From: the human T2T-CHM13v2.0 reference genome, Homo sapiens
Reading direction: 5' to 3' (one strand)
DNA length: 64,000 bases
Assembly (NCBI RefSeq): GCF_009914755.1
Contig: NC_060929.1
The translations under genes and the position numbers were made by a program. The notes below the pieces were generated by a model that saw only the letters and a list, made by a program, of their open reading frames with translations, had not been told where the DNA came from and did no database searches. Shown piece by piece: positions 1-13,295 of the stretch (position 1 is the first letter of the stretch; every line of letters starts with the position of its first letter).

Positions 1-183
1 ATTGTGGTAAACTCAAACATCTTCTGATATTGCTAAATGTCTTCAGAGGAGGTAAAACCCACCTCTCTCCAACCATTGAGAAGCACTGTTTTAGAGGCTT
101 CAACTTTCAATGAAATGAGAAGCCACTGGACTGTTTTAAGCAGAATAAAATGATCTGACTTACATTTTAAAAGCATTATTTAA

Positions 184-493
<310 letters not shown>

Positions 494-655
494 TTATTTT
501 TAGGCCTTATTTTCTTATACTAAAGAGTTTCTCACCTGCTTTCAATGAATGTCCTTGTATAATGTGCCTTTGTTCTCTCTCACTATGTTTGACTTTCTTC
601 TGTGTTTCACACTTCAATTAAAAGTGTGTTTCTCACACTTCAATTAATAATTAAG

Positions 656-675
656 ATATATATATATATATATAT
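656..675. repeat. (TA)n microsatellite
   Basis: Direct reading. Confidence 0.9.
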
Positions 676-1894
676 CTTTATTAAGTCATATCATTCATTT
701 CCTCCCATATGATGGAGTACTTAGATGGAGTGAAAAGCTATGGAGACATGGGGAAAAGTATCATTCCTTCAAAATTTCTGTAAAAGATAGAGATTTTATT
801 GAGTTTTATAAGTACAGTTCCCCAAGAAGAGCACATTAAAGCAGTAGCTAGTAGATCATCCATACTAAAGAGATGACCTTTTAATAGCTTGGTTACATAG
901 CAGCCCGGTAAAATCATCAATCAACAAGTATGAATGAAGCATCTACATATACAAAGTACCATATTAGACATAATAATCAATATTTATTGCTTTGCTTTTA
1001 AACATAGCCGAGCATATCTACAACATAAAGCTCTTTTCTGTTTTATTATCAACAGCGTTTCTTGTGTAATTGGAATTATAAACTCTGTAGAAAGTGTGTC
1101 ACTGCTATAGTCACCAGTACTCGTAATCACTAAATTGTCCTTTTCCTCAATGCTTTTCTCTTTCTGAGTGTGTGTATATGTGGCTCTGTGCAAATGATAT
1201 TCATACAGTCCAGTAATGTAGCCATGTTTTACTATTCTGTTTTTGAATTTAAGATACATAATTTCACTTGCCGATCTGCATTATGTATTCTGGATTTATC
1301 TATGAAATCTTTAACATGGAAAATTGTGTGTAGGCAGGATGCAACCCATATAGTTAGATATACCTATTTAGTGAGATACGTAGATAGATAGGTATATTTG
1401 TATCTCAAGGCAGAAATTTGTTAGAAAATATAAATTTTCTTAGATGCCATGCAAGGAATCAGCATAACTAATTATTTTTAAGAATCCCATATTAATGTTC
1501 TCATGTCTGAAAAACAATTTCCAAAGTTTAAAAAAGAGGCTAAAAAATGAAACTTTAGTAGAAGTTAATGGGATTTGGAGGTATGTAAACATCAAGTAGA
1601 ATAATGGTTTATTCTTCACAAATTATTGGGAAATTGTATACACTACCATGTGACTTTTATTTATTTTTAAAAACAAATTCATATTAGCCTTAAGATAAAT
1701 ATATTTCTAAAATGTATCTTATATATTTATATTAACACCATTTAGGATTTTCTTGAGGTTTCATTGACCTCACTATGAATATTGATTTTTTATTGCATTG
1801 TAATACGTAGAAGTTCTTAAAGACTATTGAGATGCCTTAGTAGGTCTCTTTTCTTTATACCAAGAACTTCCAGATTAATTTATTTTGGAGCAGT

Positions 1895-3780
1895 GTGTTC
1901 ATTCATTCATTTTCTCAACTTTTCTATTCAATAATGAAACATTTATTTAACTTCCCTAGACCAAGAATGGTGCTATGCACTGAAGATACAAATATTTTTA
2001 AAAGCTTTATATCCTTTCCTTAAATATGAAAAAATCATTTTCCTCAAATACGAGTGCAATTCTGAGTAATATAAATAGGAAACTATGGAGGCTCTGGGAG
2101 AGAAACAAAGTTCAACTGAGGGAGGTGGGTAGGAGGATAAAGTGAAAAAGATGAGGGAAAGACTTGCTCTGGGAGGGAAAAAGGCGACGTCTAAAAATCT
2201 TGAAGTTTAAGAGAATTTAGCCTGGTTTGGGAATGGTTGTGTTGGTCTATTTTGCATTGGTATAAAGGAATACCGGAGGCTGAGTGCTTTATAAAGAAAA
2301 GTTTATTTGGCTGTTGGTTCTGCAGACTGTACAAGAAGCATGGCACAAGCATCTGCTTCTGGGGAGGCCTCAGGAAGCTTTTGCTCATGGTGAAAGGTGA
2401 AGGGGGAGCAGGTGCATCTTATGGACAAAGAGGAAGTAAAAGAGATAGGAGGCGGTGACTTGCTCTTTTTAACAAGCAGAGTTCCTGTGAACTAATAGGG
2501 TGAGAACTCACTCATTACCTCAGAGAAGGCACCAAGCCATTAATGAAGTTCTGCCCTCTGGACACAAACCTCTCTCACTAGGCCACATCTCTAATATTGA
2601 GGATCACATTTCAACATGAGATTTGGGGGGGACAAATATTCAAATCATATCAGTTGTATAACAAAAAGCAGAAGGAGTTATAAGTGGAGGACATGGAAAG
2701 TGCTAAGTCTTGAGACATTGATCCATTCATGCTGTACAAGCAGCTCATTTAGTGGAATCACCAAGTCAAAAGGGTGGGAATAGTGAAAATAGTTTAGATT
2801 AAGGTATGGAATGGTGAGCAGGGGAATATTTCTAGTGGGGGACTTATATGCATGTTGAAATTTTAGATCCATTCCTAGAGGTATTGGGATGACATTAAAG
2901 GGGCTTATGCAGGGATATAACATAAGATTTGTGTTAAAGAAAGAGTACACTAATGGCAAGTACAGAGATGTGATTAGAGAGAAGGAAATATTATAGAATT
3001 AGGAAGATCAGTTATATATCTGTTGTATACCATAGAAAATCATTCCCTGAGCTCAAGGGTACAGAATCTAGAAATATTGTGGAAATCATATTAAAAGTTG
3101 GTGAATGAATATGAAGGAAAATACAGGAGGGTTCTAAGATGAAGCCTTATTGTCTAGGTCACACAATTGAGAGATTCAAATTGAGCTTCCCTTCACTGAG
3201 ATAGAAACAATAAGAACAAAAATCAAATTTGGTGTGGAAAATTAATTGTTTCATACAGATATTGTAAGCTTAAGATATTTGAAGAATTCCCAGGTTTGGC
3301 TATTTCATAGACTGTGTGTATATTCAAGAGCTCAACAGAGAAATCTAGGTTCAAAATTTAACAGTGTCTATAAAGTTATAAACCAGGAGTGAATTTCACT
3401 AAGGGAGAATGAGCAAGGCTGCAAAGTAGGAAAGATGAGAACTGAGCTGTGGGAAGAATTAATTGGAATAGGAGGGATAGCTTTCAGATAATACTAATGT
3501 GTTTATTCAGTAATAGGAGGGCAATTACAATGTTAGCGTGTTCAAAATTCAAGAGAGGAATTTCAAGAACAGAAGAATATTAATACTGAAATGAGGAAGG
3601 GGGTTTAAAATAAGTAATTTTTTGTAGGCAGAAGGGATGATTAAGCAAAAGAAGAGTTACTGATTTCCTGATAGAAACATTTTTTCAATGGAATATAAGA
3701 AGTGGATCTCTAGATGTAGTGAATGAGTGATTAGGATATGAATAAACAGAGCAGTGGTGTACATCTCTCTATCAAAGTCT
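1895..3780 (-). mobile_element. Degraded L2 LINE, interrupted by an MST LTR
   Basis: TTCATTCATTCA / AACATTTATT 3'-end signature, then purine-rich L2-like body on both sides of the LTR; boundaries approximate. Confidence 0.55.
2238..2652. mobile_element. MaLR solo LTR (MSTB-like)
   Basis: TGT...ATATCA termini; MST motifs GGTTCTGCAGACTGTACAAGAAGCATGG and TTTCAACATGAGATTTGG. Confidence 0.88.
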
Positions 3781-3976
3781 TGGTTGTAGACAACTGGTGA
3801 GGAAGAGTTTCAATATAATGCTTCTGAGCTGAGGACTGCTCCTAAGCCCAATTATTACACTGGCACTTCCTCAGCTTTGTCTTTAGCATGCAGCAGATCT
3901 AGATTTAATGCTCCCAATTCAATGATTCAAAATTTAATAAAAATTAATGTCTTGAAATCCATGTTACATATGCCAT

Positions 3977-4404
3977 TGTATTAGGCCAGACTTGCATTGC
4001 TATAAAAAAATCTGAGACTGTAATTTATAAAGAAAAAAGTTTAATTGGCTTACAGTTCTGCAGGCTGTACAGAAAGCATAAAGCTGGCGTCTGCTCTGCT
4101 TCTGGAGATGCCTCAGGGAACTTACAATAATGGCAGAAGCTGAAGCAGGAATAGGCACTTCTTAAATGGCAGGATCAGGAGCAAGAGACAGAGCCAGTGT
4201 GGAGGTGGGCTACACACTTTTAAACAACCAGATCTCATGAGAAGTCACTCACTCTCACAAGAATAGCACCAAGGGAATGCTCCCAAGCTATTCATGAGAA
4301 CCCATCCCTAGGATCCAATCACCTCCTACCAGGCCCCATCTCCAACACTGGGGATTACAATTTGACATGAGATTTGTGTGGGGACGGAGTTCCAAACCAT
4401 ATCA
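3977..4404. mobile_element. MaLR solo LTR (MSTA-like)
   Basis: TGTATTAG...CCAAACCATATCA termini; CCAT duplicated on both flanks. Confidence 0.9.
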
Positions 4405-4429
4405 CCATGTACATATATTATTTTAAAAA

Positions 4430-5150
4430 AGAAAACATAAAATAAAGAAAGGCACATGGAAAACTAGAAATTAGAATAAGTTCATAAGAAAACATAATAG
4501 TTCAAGCAACTATGTATCCATATTGCCAGATAATTTTTTTAAAAAAGTTGTCATTGGAACAAAAATCTCAAAGAAGAGAGACATAGATGAAAAGACAGAG
4601 GATTCAAAACAAACAAGAAGATGTTGAAAATTAACTAACTATAATGAGGAACACAAAATGCTTGCCAAAATATATAAGCCAGATGAGAAATGGCAAAGAG
4701 GAGGGAAGACATTACTTCTGAAATGTTAGTGATATAGGAAGAAAAAAAAAAGCTAGGGAAAATTCAGCAAAACCAAATGGAAAAAGAATAAACACAATAG
4801 CCTTTAGAGAGGAAGCTATAGATATAGAAGAGGGACAAATGTCATTGAACATATGCATATGTGATGTTCTTGAGGGTTGAGGGTACAGAAGCAAAAACAG
4901 CAAAAAGGCAATAAATAAATTGTTTTCTATGATAAAGGAAGATCTGAATCTGAAGAAGAAATAACAACAATTAAAAAAAGTGCAGGGTGGTGAAAACAGA
5001 GACATTTGCTGATGAGTTTCTTAATATAAAAAGATTCTAAAATCCTATGAGTATTCAGGACAAAAATTTAAAAAGAAGAAAAAGTTTCTTTTAATAGGCA
5101 TAGCAAAAATTTCAATATAAAGAAGACATTAAAAAGGCATTTAAAAGAGA
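4430..5150 (+). mobile_element. Old L1M ORF1-region remnant
   Basis: A-rich sequence with L1 ORF1-like motifs (GGAAGATCTGAATCTG); heavily diverged. Confidence 0.45.
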
Positions 5151-5254
5151 GAGAGACTAAAATAACAGAACTAAATAAATCACATTTATATTAATAAATA
5201 TAAATGTTGTAAATTGATTATCAAAAGCAAACATTTTCCAGTGAAAAAAATTGA

Positions 5255-5393
5255 AAGTCTTCATCCTGAAGGCTCCTGTGATCCACATTAAAGAAATTTG
5301 TATGCCTTTTCTCCTATTAATCTGCCTTTTGTGAGTTGATTTTTCAGTGAAACTTCAGAGGGCCAAGGGGAAAGCTCTCCCTTGGCCCCCACA
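5255..5393 (+). mobile_element. 3' part of a MER4-group ERV1 LTR (MER39-like), serving as 5' LTR of the adjacent internal region
   Basis: Ends ...TTTTTCAGTGAAACTTCAGAGGGCCAAGGGGAAAGCTCTCCCTTGGCCCCCACA, followed a few bases later by a TGG-starting PBS-like sequence. Confidence 0.75.
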
Positions 5394-6632
5394 GTTATGG
5401 CATAGTCTAAAGGATCCCCAAAGCCACTCTACTCTTCTGGAAGCCACCATGAAGAGAACCCACAAAACTGAAAAGCCAGCAGAAGGGTAAGAACTTCTCA
5501 CCAGTCTGGCTCCCAGTCTTTCCCTCTGTGCAGTCTGGCTGAGTAGATGGTAAAATTCACTGTTCTGTCTCAAGGTTTTGATTAATGGGGAAAAAGGATT
5601 TGTGTGACTAGGCTTGATATAGTGACTCTGGTGTACTTTTCATACTTCACGATATGAATATTTATATTGCTTGATCTCTTTCCGCTCAGAAATAGATTTG
5701 TTTTTGCTGCCATTTTCCTTTGTCATCGCTTTGTTCTGTCATAAAGAAAGTCACCATAGACATAGAACCCCTATTAGCCTGCTGTTCAAGATGGCCCTAC
5801 AGACTCGTAGGTTTTATGGTGCTTACTTGACCAGTGTCCCCATTAACACAAATTTTTCTGCGATTCTCTAAAATAAAAAAAGAGTGATATTTTCCTCTCG
5901 TCTTATCTTATGTCCTCCAGAGCTTGATTTGTGACCACATGGGGAAACTTTCTCTTGGTCTCTGCCATCTAGAGGGAGTGATTTTTCAGGTCACTTAGGC
6001 GGCCAATCTGAAAAGATTGTGAGTCTGAGGAATGTAAGACTTTAAATAGTACACTTTTTGTTCTGAAAGTGCAAAGCTTTTAGGTGAGTTTTGTCTTAAT
6101 AGTTCCTATCTCTGTGGGGTTTTTGCCATTTGAAGTCTATTTCTAAAAGTGAATTTTTGGGGATCATGGGGACTGCCCCTTCTATGCCCTCTCCAGGAAC
6201 ACCTCTTGCTTATACGGTAAAAACTTGGGAAATTACCACCTAAACTTTACATGAAGAGGCTTTGGGGTTTAGTCACTGTTGGAATTAAGTACACCCTTGA
6301 AAATTCTAATTGCAAAAGCCAAAAGATAGGTCTTTCAAATTGGACTAAAATTCCTAAGTTTAAAACAAAAGATTTTAAAGACCTCTTATTATAAACGATT
6401 GATGAGAAGACCAAATTAAATGAAGGACACATAATAGTGTCATAGTTATATTTAAAATTCTCTTAACTAAATTAAAGAGCCAAAATCTGACCTAAAACAG
6501 TTAAATGCAAACTGCACATGTGGCTTCCATGCAGGATCAACGATGGAGCCTGCTCCCATTAGTAGTCTGGTACTTAAAATTCCCACTGCAGCTTGGATTC
6601 ACCTCCTGATAACTGAACAACAATGGCCACTC

Positions 6633-6707
6633 TCCCTTGTGGTTTAATAGTTAAAACTCTGCACTTTAACCTCCACAGCATGGGTTTAATTCCAGGTCAG
6701 AGAACCA
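6633..6707 (+). pseudogene. Degenerate tRNA-Glu-derived sequence with encoded 3' CCA, inside the ERV internal region
   Basis: 75 nt TCCCTTGTGGTTTAATAGTTAAAACTC...GGGTTTAATTCCAGGTCAGAGAACCA aligns without gaps to mammalian tRNA-Glu as recalled (about three quarters identical by eye); anticodon position reads TTA; stems damaged. Confidence 0.75.
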
Positions 6708-7916
6708 GTTCTTCTTACTTTGATATTTGTGTGACATTAGGATTGCTAATTTATTATTGATACTTTTCTCTTTTGGGGATTGCTTTTAATTTTCTGTCAT
6801 CTTCCATTATTGGGGTATATGGAGCTTTTGAGTTTTTGTGTGTGTGGATAGTCAGTTGAGAAGCTAAGACTCCAGAAAATATGACAAAAAAGAAATGCAG
6901 GTTATACTCAATTAATGGATAGCGAAACTTGCCCATCTTTGAGCTGTGTTTGAGGGTTCTGGATCTCATAAAAACCAGTTGCCACCTCTTTGGAGAAATT
7001 TTGTGCATCCTTGGTGAAGTCATAACCTTGCTTAAGGGACTTAGGAGGATACCTTTGGTAAAGAAGTTCAAAAGCCCAAAATATCAGCTGTTTGTCCCAG
7101 CTAAAATCTGGTAATAACAGATTTGGAAGAATGTTTTCTATGAGTTCTATGTTTAAAGTCAGCTTAATTAAAAACTAATCCAAACTATACGTAAATGGCT
7201 TTCTGCCTTTTCTCTTTAGATCTTGTTCTGGAATTTTTTTTCAGTTGACTAAAATCATTTTTTAGAATTATGCGCTTGATTTCTCTGTTTGCCTCCTTTC
7301 TTAAGAATTGTTCTCCTGTTTACTTTTCCCTACTCTTTCTTTGTCTTTGCCCTCTTAGATACCACATGGAAAAATCTAAAGAATACTTCTGATGACTGAG
7401 ACATCTTAAGAAAATCAGAAAAGGCACACCCACTCCTTTTGCAGGGCGGAGTGGGGGAGGGGGTCGTCTGTTTTCTTTGTGGAGTTTCAAGAGTAATAGG
7501 CATATTCTTCTCAGACCGAAAGCTTGGATGTCTACAGTATTGTGTTGTCTGATCTCTTTGGCTTTTGAGTATGGCAGAAATACTTTGTATTGTGAGAAAA
7601 CTTAACCTTGGTGTGTATGATGGATAGGTAAGAGATAGAGTTTTAGAGGTGTCTGGTAGCAGTTGGTTAGAGTAAATGGTTATTACTACAGGGGGTTGCT
7701 TGTCTTTGCATGTCTGGGTAGGAAAAGCATGGTTTGGAACACCTACAGGTTATGGAAACACTCCTCCACTAAGGCAAAAGCCTACTCATAAGGGATGGAG
7801 AGATAACAGAGTGGGCAGTCCTTGCAGGGGGGTGTACTGTGGAAGCATTACACTATCTTGCCCCATGGCATTGTCCTGTTTTTGAAGACCTAGGATTTAA
7901 TGTAGAAATGAAATCC

Positions 7917-8212
7917 GGCCGGGCACAGTGGCTCACGCCTATAATCCCAGCACTTTGGGAGGCTGAGGTGGGCGGATCACGAGGTTAGGAGATGGAGACC
8001 ATCCTGGCTAACACGGTGAAACTCCGTCTCTCCTAAAAACACACACATACAAAATTAGCCGGGCGTGGTGGTGGGTGCCTGTAGTCCCAGCTAGTCAGGA
8101 GGCTTAGGCAGGAGAATGTTGTGAACCGAGGAAGCGGAGCTTGCCGTGAGCCGAGATCATGCCACTAAACACCATCCTGGGCGACAGAGCGAGACTCCGT
8201 CTCAAAAAAAAA
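7917..8212 (+). mobile_element. AluY
   Basis: Y diagnostics GGATCACGAGG, ACCATCCTGGCTAACACGGTG, GGAGCTTGC. Confidence 0.92.
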
Positions 8213-8247
8213 AGAAAGAAAGAAAGAAGGAAAGAAAGAAAGAAGGA

Positions 8248-8331
<84 letters not shown>

Positions 8332-8332
8332 A
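8213..8332 (+). repeat. (GAAA)n tetranucleotide STR derived from the Alu tail
   Basis: ~120 bp of GAAA units with two GGAA interruptions. Confidence 0.97.
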
Positions 8333-9889
8333 GTCGATTTGGAGGTATCCACGTTTGACTTTTCATCTGTGCCTGCCTCTCACATATTTAAATATGCGAC
8401 TCAAAAAACTGTATATTTTCTTTCCTCTACTCACTAAAAGGCTTCACCCTAAAGCCAATAATCTAATTAAGAAACAAAGTAGCTAATAGGCCAAAATACA
8501 ACTTTCTGAAAAGAATTCTTCAATTGTAAGGGTATCTCCCTCCCTGTACCTAAGCCTCCATTAACTTTTAGAATGGGGAAGACAATGGCTTAAAGTTCAT
8601 ACAACAAATCTTGCCTTTGTTTAGATCTAAGTTCTTTGCCTTTCAGATGTACATTTTCTACTTGGCTCCACCTAAGAGTCATGGGCTCTGGAGATCCAAA
8701 TTTAGAGTTGCCTAGTTAACAATTGTTTATGACATAAAACAGATAGTCAAGAGGTTAATAGTCTAAAGTAGGGGAGAAAAATATTTGAGAACTGGCAAAT
8801 GAAAACTCTTATAAATCTATAAAATTTGCTCTGTGTATTTGCATGTCTACATGTTTATATGAGTCATGTGTTTGTTGTACTTTACTACCAAATTTTATGA
8901 AAGAGTTCTAATTAACTGACTTAAGGAAAAAGTAAATGCTTTAATCAAATATTTTATCAGAAAAACATTGAAATGCCTTATAATTCACATGACTTCAGTA
9001 ATCTTTGGTAAGTAAAAGTAGTTTGAAATTTTTTATAGTAATTTAAAACCTGAAAGTCATATTATATTACATTAAGTAATCCTAGGTGTTTCACCAAAAA
9101 TTAGATCTACTAAGAGTTAATATGCTAGTTAATCTATGCAATTAATACTATTAGATAAAGAGAAACAATTCTATATACAGAATGTATAAAGAAAGGTGTC
9201 TTTTTAGTAAAAACATTTACAAAAAGGTATAAAAATATAGTTTTTATTAAGGGAAAGGTAATGTTTGGCTAGTTTAATGGTTTTTAAGTATTTTTTTAAT
9301 TGAAGGAATAAATGGAATGACAGATAAAACTGCATGAATGTAGAAATTTAGGAAAGAAAGAATGAAAGAAATTATCAAAATTTATAAAAGGTTTAATACA
9401 CTAATGCAAAGGTAAAATTTGGTTTTCTATTTTGAACAAAATTTTAATGTACTATTAATAAGGGATAGTAAAAGAGTTTTGTTTGCATTTTGAGTGAACA
9501 GTAAAAAAAAAAGGGAAGAGAGAGATCTAATTTACTTCTTTTTCAGTTTATCTTTCATTTTGTCATTATTAGGCCTTCTTAATTGTTTGGAAACTGAGTC
9601 TCTTCACTGCCAAGAGTAAAAAAGGGTTTTACCTTTTGAAATCTTTCAATTATCACTTCGACTAAATGAATGACTTATTTTACAGTGACCCTATTTTATG
9701 ATATCTTTAAATCTTTGATATTTGACAAATTTTCCACAATCAAATTCCAACTTCAGTATTGTCAACATTATTGCACAATATTGTCTTGGAAGCACCATCT
9801 AATGCAATTAAGTAAAGGGAAGGTGTGAAGTATAAATAATTGAGTAGAAAAATTTACAATTTATTTGTATGTACAACTCAAAAAATGAT

Positions 9890-11223
9890 CTTAAAAGCAA
9901 TGAGAACTACACAATTCCTAGAAGCTAACATAGGAGAAACTCTAGATGGCTTTGTGTTTTGATGACCTTTTATAACACCAAAGACATGATCCATGAAAGA
10001 AAAAAAATTGATAAGCTGCATTTGATTAAAATTATAAATTTGTGCTCTGCAAAAGTTGTTATCAATAGAATAAAAGTACAAGCTACAGATTGGATCACAT
10101 CTTTGTAAGAAATGTACCTGATAGAAAACTGTTATCCAAAATGTAAGAAGAATTCCTAAATCTCAACACTAAGAAAACAAACAACCCAATAAAAAACAAA
10201 ACAACAACAACAACAACAACAAAATACAAACAGAACCATGGGCCAAAGACCTCAATAGATAACTCTCCAAAGAAGATATACAAATGGCACATAAGTTTAT
10301 GAAAAGGTGCTTCCCATTATAGGTCATCAGGGAAATACAAATTAAAACAATAATTAGGTACCACTACATGCCTATTAGAATGACCAAAGTCCAGAACACT
10401 GACAATATCAAATTCTTGTGAGGATGTGGAGCAATAGGAACTCTTATTCATGGTGAGTAAGAATGCAAAATGGTACAGTCACTTTGAAAGGCAGTTTGGC
10501 AGTTTCTTACAAAACTAAACATACTTTCACCATATGTTCCAGGAATCACACTGCTCCTCAGAATTTACCCAAAGGAGTTGAAAACTTATGTCTATACAAA
10601 AACCTTCATGTGGACGTTTATAGAAGCTTTATTCATGATTGCCAAAACTTGGAAACAACCAACATGTCCTTCAATAGGTGAATGGATAAATACACTGTGA
10701 TACACTCAGACAATGAAACATTGTTCAGTGCTAAAAGGAACTGAGCTTTCAAGCTATGAAAAGACAGGTAAGGACCTTAAAAGCAATATACTAAGTGAAA
10801 GAAGTTAATCTGAAAAATCTACATACTGCATGATTCCAACTATGTGGCATTCTGGAAAAGGCAAAACTATGAAGACAATGAAAAGGTCAGTGGTGGCCAA
10901 GGGTTGGAGCTGGGGAAGGTATAAATAGGGAGAGCACAAAAGATTTTGGGGGCAATGAAACTACTCTGTGTGATCCTATAATTGTGGGTATATGTCATCA
11001 TTCATTTGCTCAAACCAACCCATAGAATGTACTAATACCAAGAATGAAGTCTTATGTAAACTATCGACGTTGGGTGACAATGATGTGTCAGTGTAGGTTC
11101 ATCAATTGTTAACAAATGTATCACTCTGATGAGAGTGTTGAGAATGGGGAGGCTGTGCATGTATGGACGGAGGTAGTATATTGAGAACTCTCTGTACCTT
11201 TTGCTCAATTTTGCTGTGAACCT
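9890..11223 (+). mobile_element. L1MC1-like LINE 3' end (ORF2 C-terminal remnant plus 3' UTR)
   Basis: 3' UTR motifs GAAACTACTCTGTGTGAT, GTAGGTTCATCAATTGT, CTCAATTTTGCTGTGAACCT. Confidence 0.85.
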
Positions 11224-11239
11224 GTGAATTCTGTTCCTA

Positions 11240-11386
11240 TAACTTGCTGTTTCCCTGATGACACATGATGGGGAACACGTTTTCACGCACTTATTTGCCA
11301 TTTGTATATCTCATCTGGTGAGATTTCTGTTCAGGACTGCTGCCCATTTTTTAATTGGGTTGTTTTCTTATTGTTGAGTTTTATGA
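11240..11386 (-). mobile_element. Short inverted L1M fragment at the end of the L1MC1-like element
   Basis: Reverse complement is homologous to ~10160-10342. Confidence 0.75.
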
Positions 11387-12029
11387 TTTTTTTTTAAAAA
11401 TAAAGGTAACAACAGATTTTATTTACTGATGGAAATGATCTAATAGACTGTAAAAAATGATATACGGGAGAGAGAGTAATCCTGGAGCAAACTTCTAGGA
11501 TACAAGAATGATTGTATAGTGTCCAAGTCTCTTAATTATCCCATCACTGAATTTTTATTATATTATCTTTCCCCTTTACTCCTTTCTGCTATGTCCTCTC
11601 TAACCTAACGCATAGGCTTGGATGTCTGTTGCTATCAGTAGACTAAGTGAGCCCATTTTAGATGCATTTGTGTTTTTTTTAATCCTCTTTTTTCTTTTCT
11701 GTAATGTTAATTTTCCTACTCTTTCACATTCTTCTTTTGCCATGTCCTTTAGTCTTTTGCTCTATTTTTATGTCCTTTACAACACTGACTTTAGTTATAA
11801 AAGGATGCTGTTGAGCATTCTTCGATATTTTGGCTTAATGAAATTATTCTAAGATGTTACCATCTCTGAAAAATATATTAAAATTTATTGTAAAGTGTAA
11901 GTGTTTACTCATGAAAATTCTTCTATTTTCCAAATTTATAATTCAAATATAATTTTTAAAATCTCAGCCCAATTATTCTGGCCTTCTTATTCTGAGACAG
12001 AAATAAAAAAAATTACAAAAAATTCTTGG

Positions 12030-12087
12030 CTATATATATAGTATATAAAATATATATATATATATATATATGTATGTATATATATAA
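12030..12087. repeat. (TA)n-rich microsatellite
   Basis: Direct reading. Confidence 0.9.
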
Positions 12088-12264
12088 AATGTTCATTTAG
12101 CTGGTATCTACCGACATAGCTCCTGCCCTTAAGTTGCTTAGTCTTGTTGAAAACAGTAAATAAATAATTACCACAAAAATAAGAATATTTAAGATCCAAA
12201 TAATAAATAGTTTGTAACAGTTTCTATTTGTTGTGAGATAGTAGCCTCTCACTGAGTGCTCTTC

Positions 12265-12345
12265 TTAGGGTCAAATGAGATGATGCATAAAAATTGCTTA
12301 ATTTAGTACCTGTTGCACAGTAAGTGCTCATTAAATGATAGTGCT
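12265..12345 (+). mobile_element. MIR 3' fragment
   Basis: AAATGAGATGATGCAT...CACAGTAAGTGCTCATTAAATG. Confidence 0.7.
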
Positions 12346-12369
12346 AGTAACTGTTGGTTCATTGCTCTT

Positions 12370-12830
12370 TATCTTGGTTTCAAATATTCAGAAGCAGCAG
12401 ATACTAAAACAAGGATTTCAGTGTAAATATACTACTTAGTAGATGATTCTAGAGTACCAACACAGTGCATTAATACTATCAAACTAGTTATCACTTTGAG
12501 TAAATGGATCTTGGTCCTGCTGGAGAACTCAGGGAAATGGTGTAGATCATAAGAACACAATTCAGAATCATCGTCCACCCCTACTCCATTGATTATGGAC
12601 ACTAACGGTACTTCTCCAACGCATTGACCACCATTGGGTAAACAGGGATTCCAAGGACATTAATTCCCTTACACTTCTGACTTGTACTTAGTGTGGATTC
12701 ATTGTGCCTATCCTCCCCCACAAAAGTTGTCAGGTGGGGAATTATTCATGTTAATCACAGGAGGCTTTTTGTTGTTGAGGTGAGTGCCAAACACCCACAG
12801 TGTGTGCTACCCTCCATTATGGTTATAACT
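12370..12830. mobile_element. Old ERVL-type solo LTR (LTR16-like)
   Basis: AGAAGCAGCAGATACTAAAACAAGGATTTCAGTGTAAAT resembles the LTR16-family end; diverged. Confidence 0.5.
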
Positions 12831-13295
12831 GTTATTACTAGAGTAATTTAGGACAACAAGCAAGAGTTACTCAATTCAGTTTATGAAAATAAAGACTTTC
12901 CAAAGAAAGGAAAATCAGTGCTAAATGTAATAATTGAAAAACACAAGTGTGGAAGTCAAAGTTTGCCAGAAAAAAAGAAGAAATAAGATGTAGAAAGGTC
13001 TACAGGCTCTGGAGAGCATACGGGAACTGAAAATAGTGTAGTCTGCCTGCAGTGCAAGTTGAGGGTTGGCTCTCAGAGGGATAAAGACAAAGAGCTCCGA
13101 AAGGGCCAGATGACAATTAATGTCACATGCAACTTGACAGTATTTGAATTTTAAGGGCAATGGTGACCCACATAAGTATTGCCTGATTTGCGTTTTAGAC
13201 AGATTGCTTTTGCTGCTATAAGATGATAAAAAAGAACATGCAAATCAAGAATGAATAAAAAAGTTTGATGTAGTCTCCAAAGAGATTATAAACCA

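Larger units (their letters stand above)
5394..9760 (+). mobile_element. Non-autonomous MER4-group ERV1 internal region (no long ORF; 3' LTR not seen)
   Basis: Directly follows the LTR end; AT-rich MER4-int-type sequence; split by an AluY; runs into L1 sequence near 9760. Confidence 0.7.

Noticed and set aside
6633-6707. Functional ochre-suppressor tRNA (anticodon position TTA)
   Set aside because: D-loop GG and T-loop TTCG are mutated and stems are mispaired, so a decayed pseudogene.
7444-7463. G-quadruplex candidate GGGCGGAGTGGGGGAGGGGG
   Set aside because: Irregular G runs inside ERV sequence with no functional context.
8104-8437. Lys/Glu/Arg-rich and Phe/Leu/Ser-rich ORFs
   Set aside because: Translations of the (GAAA)n STR and the Alu.
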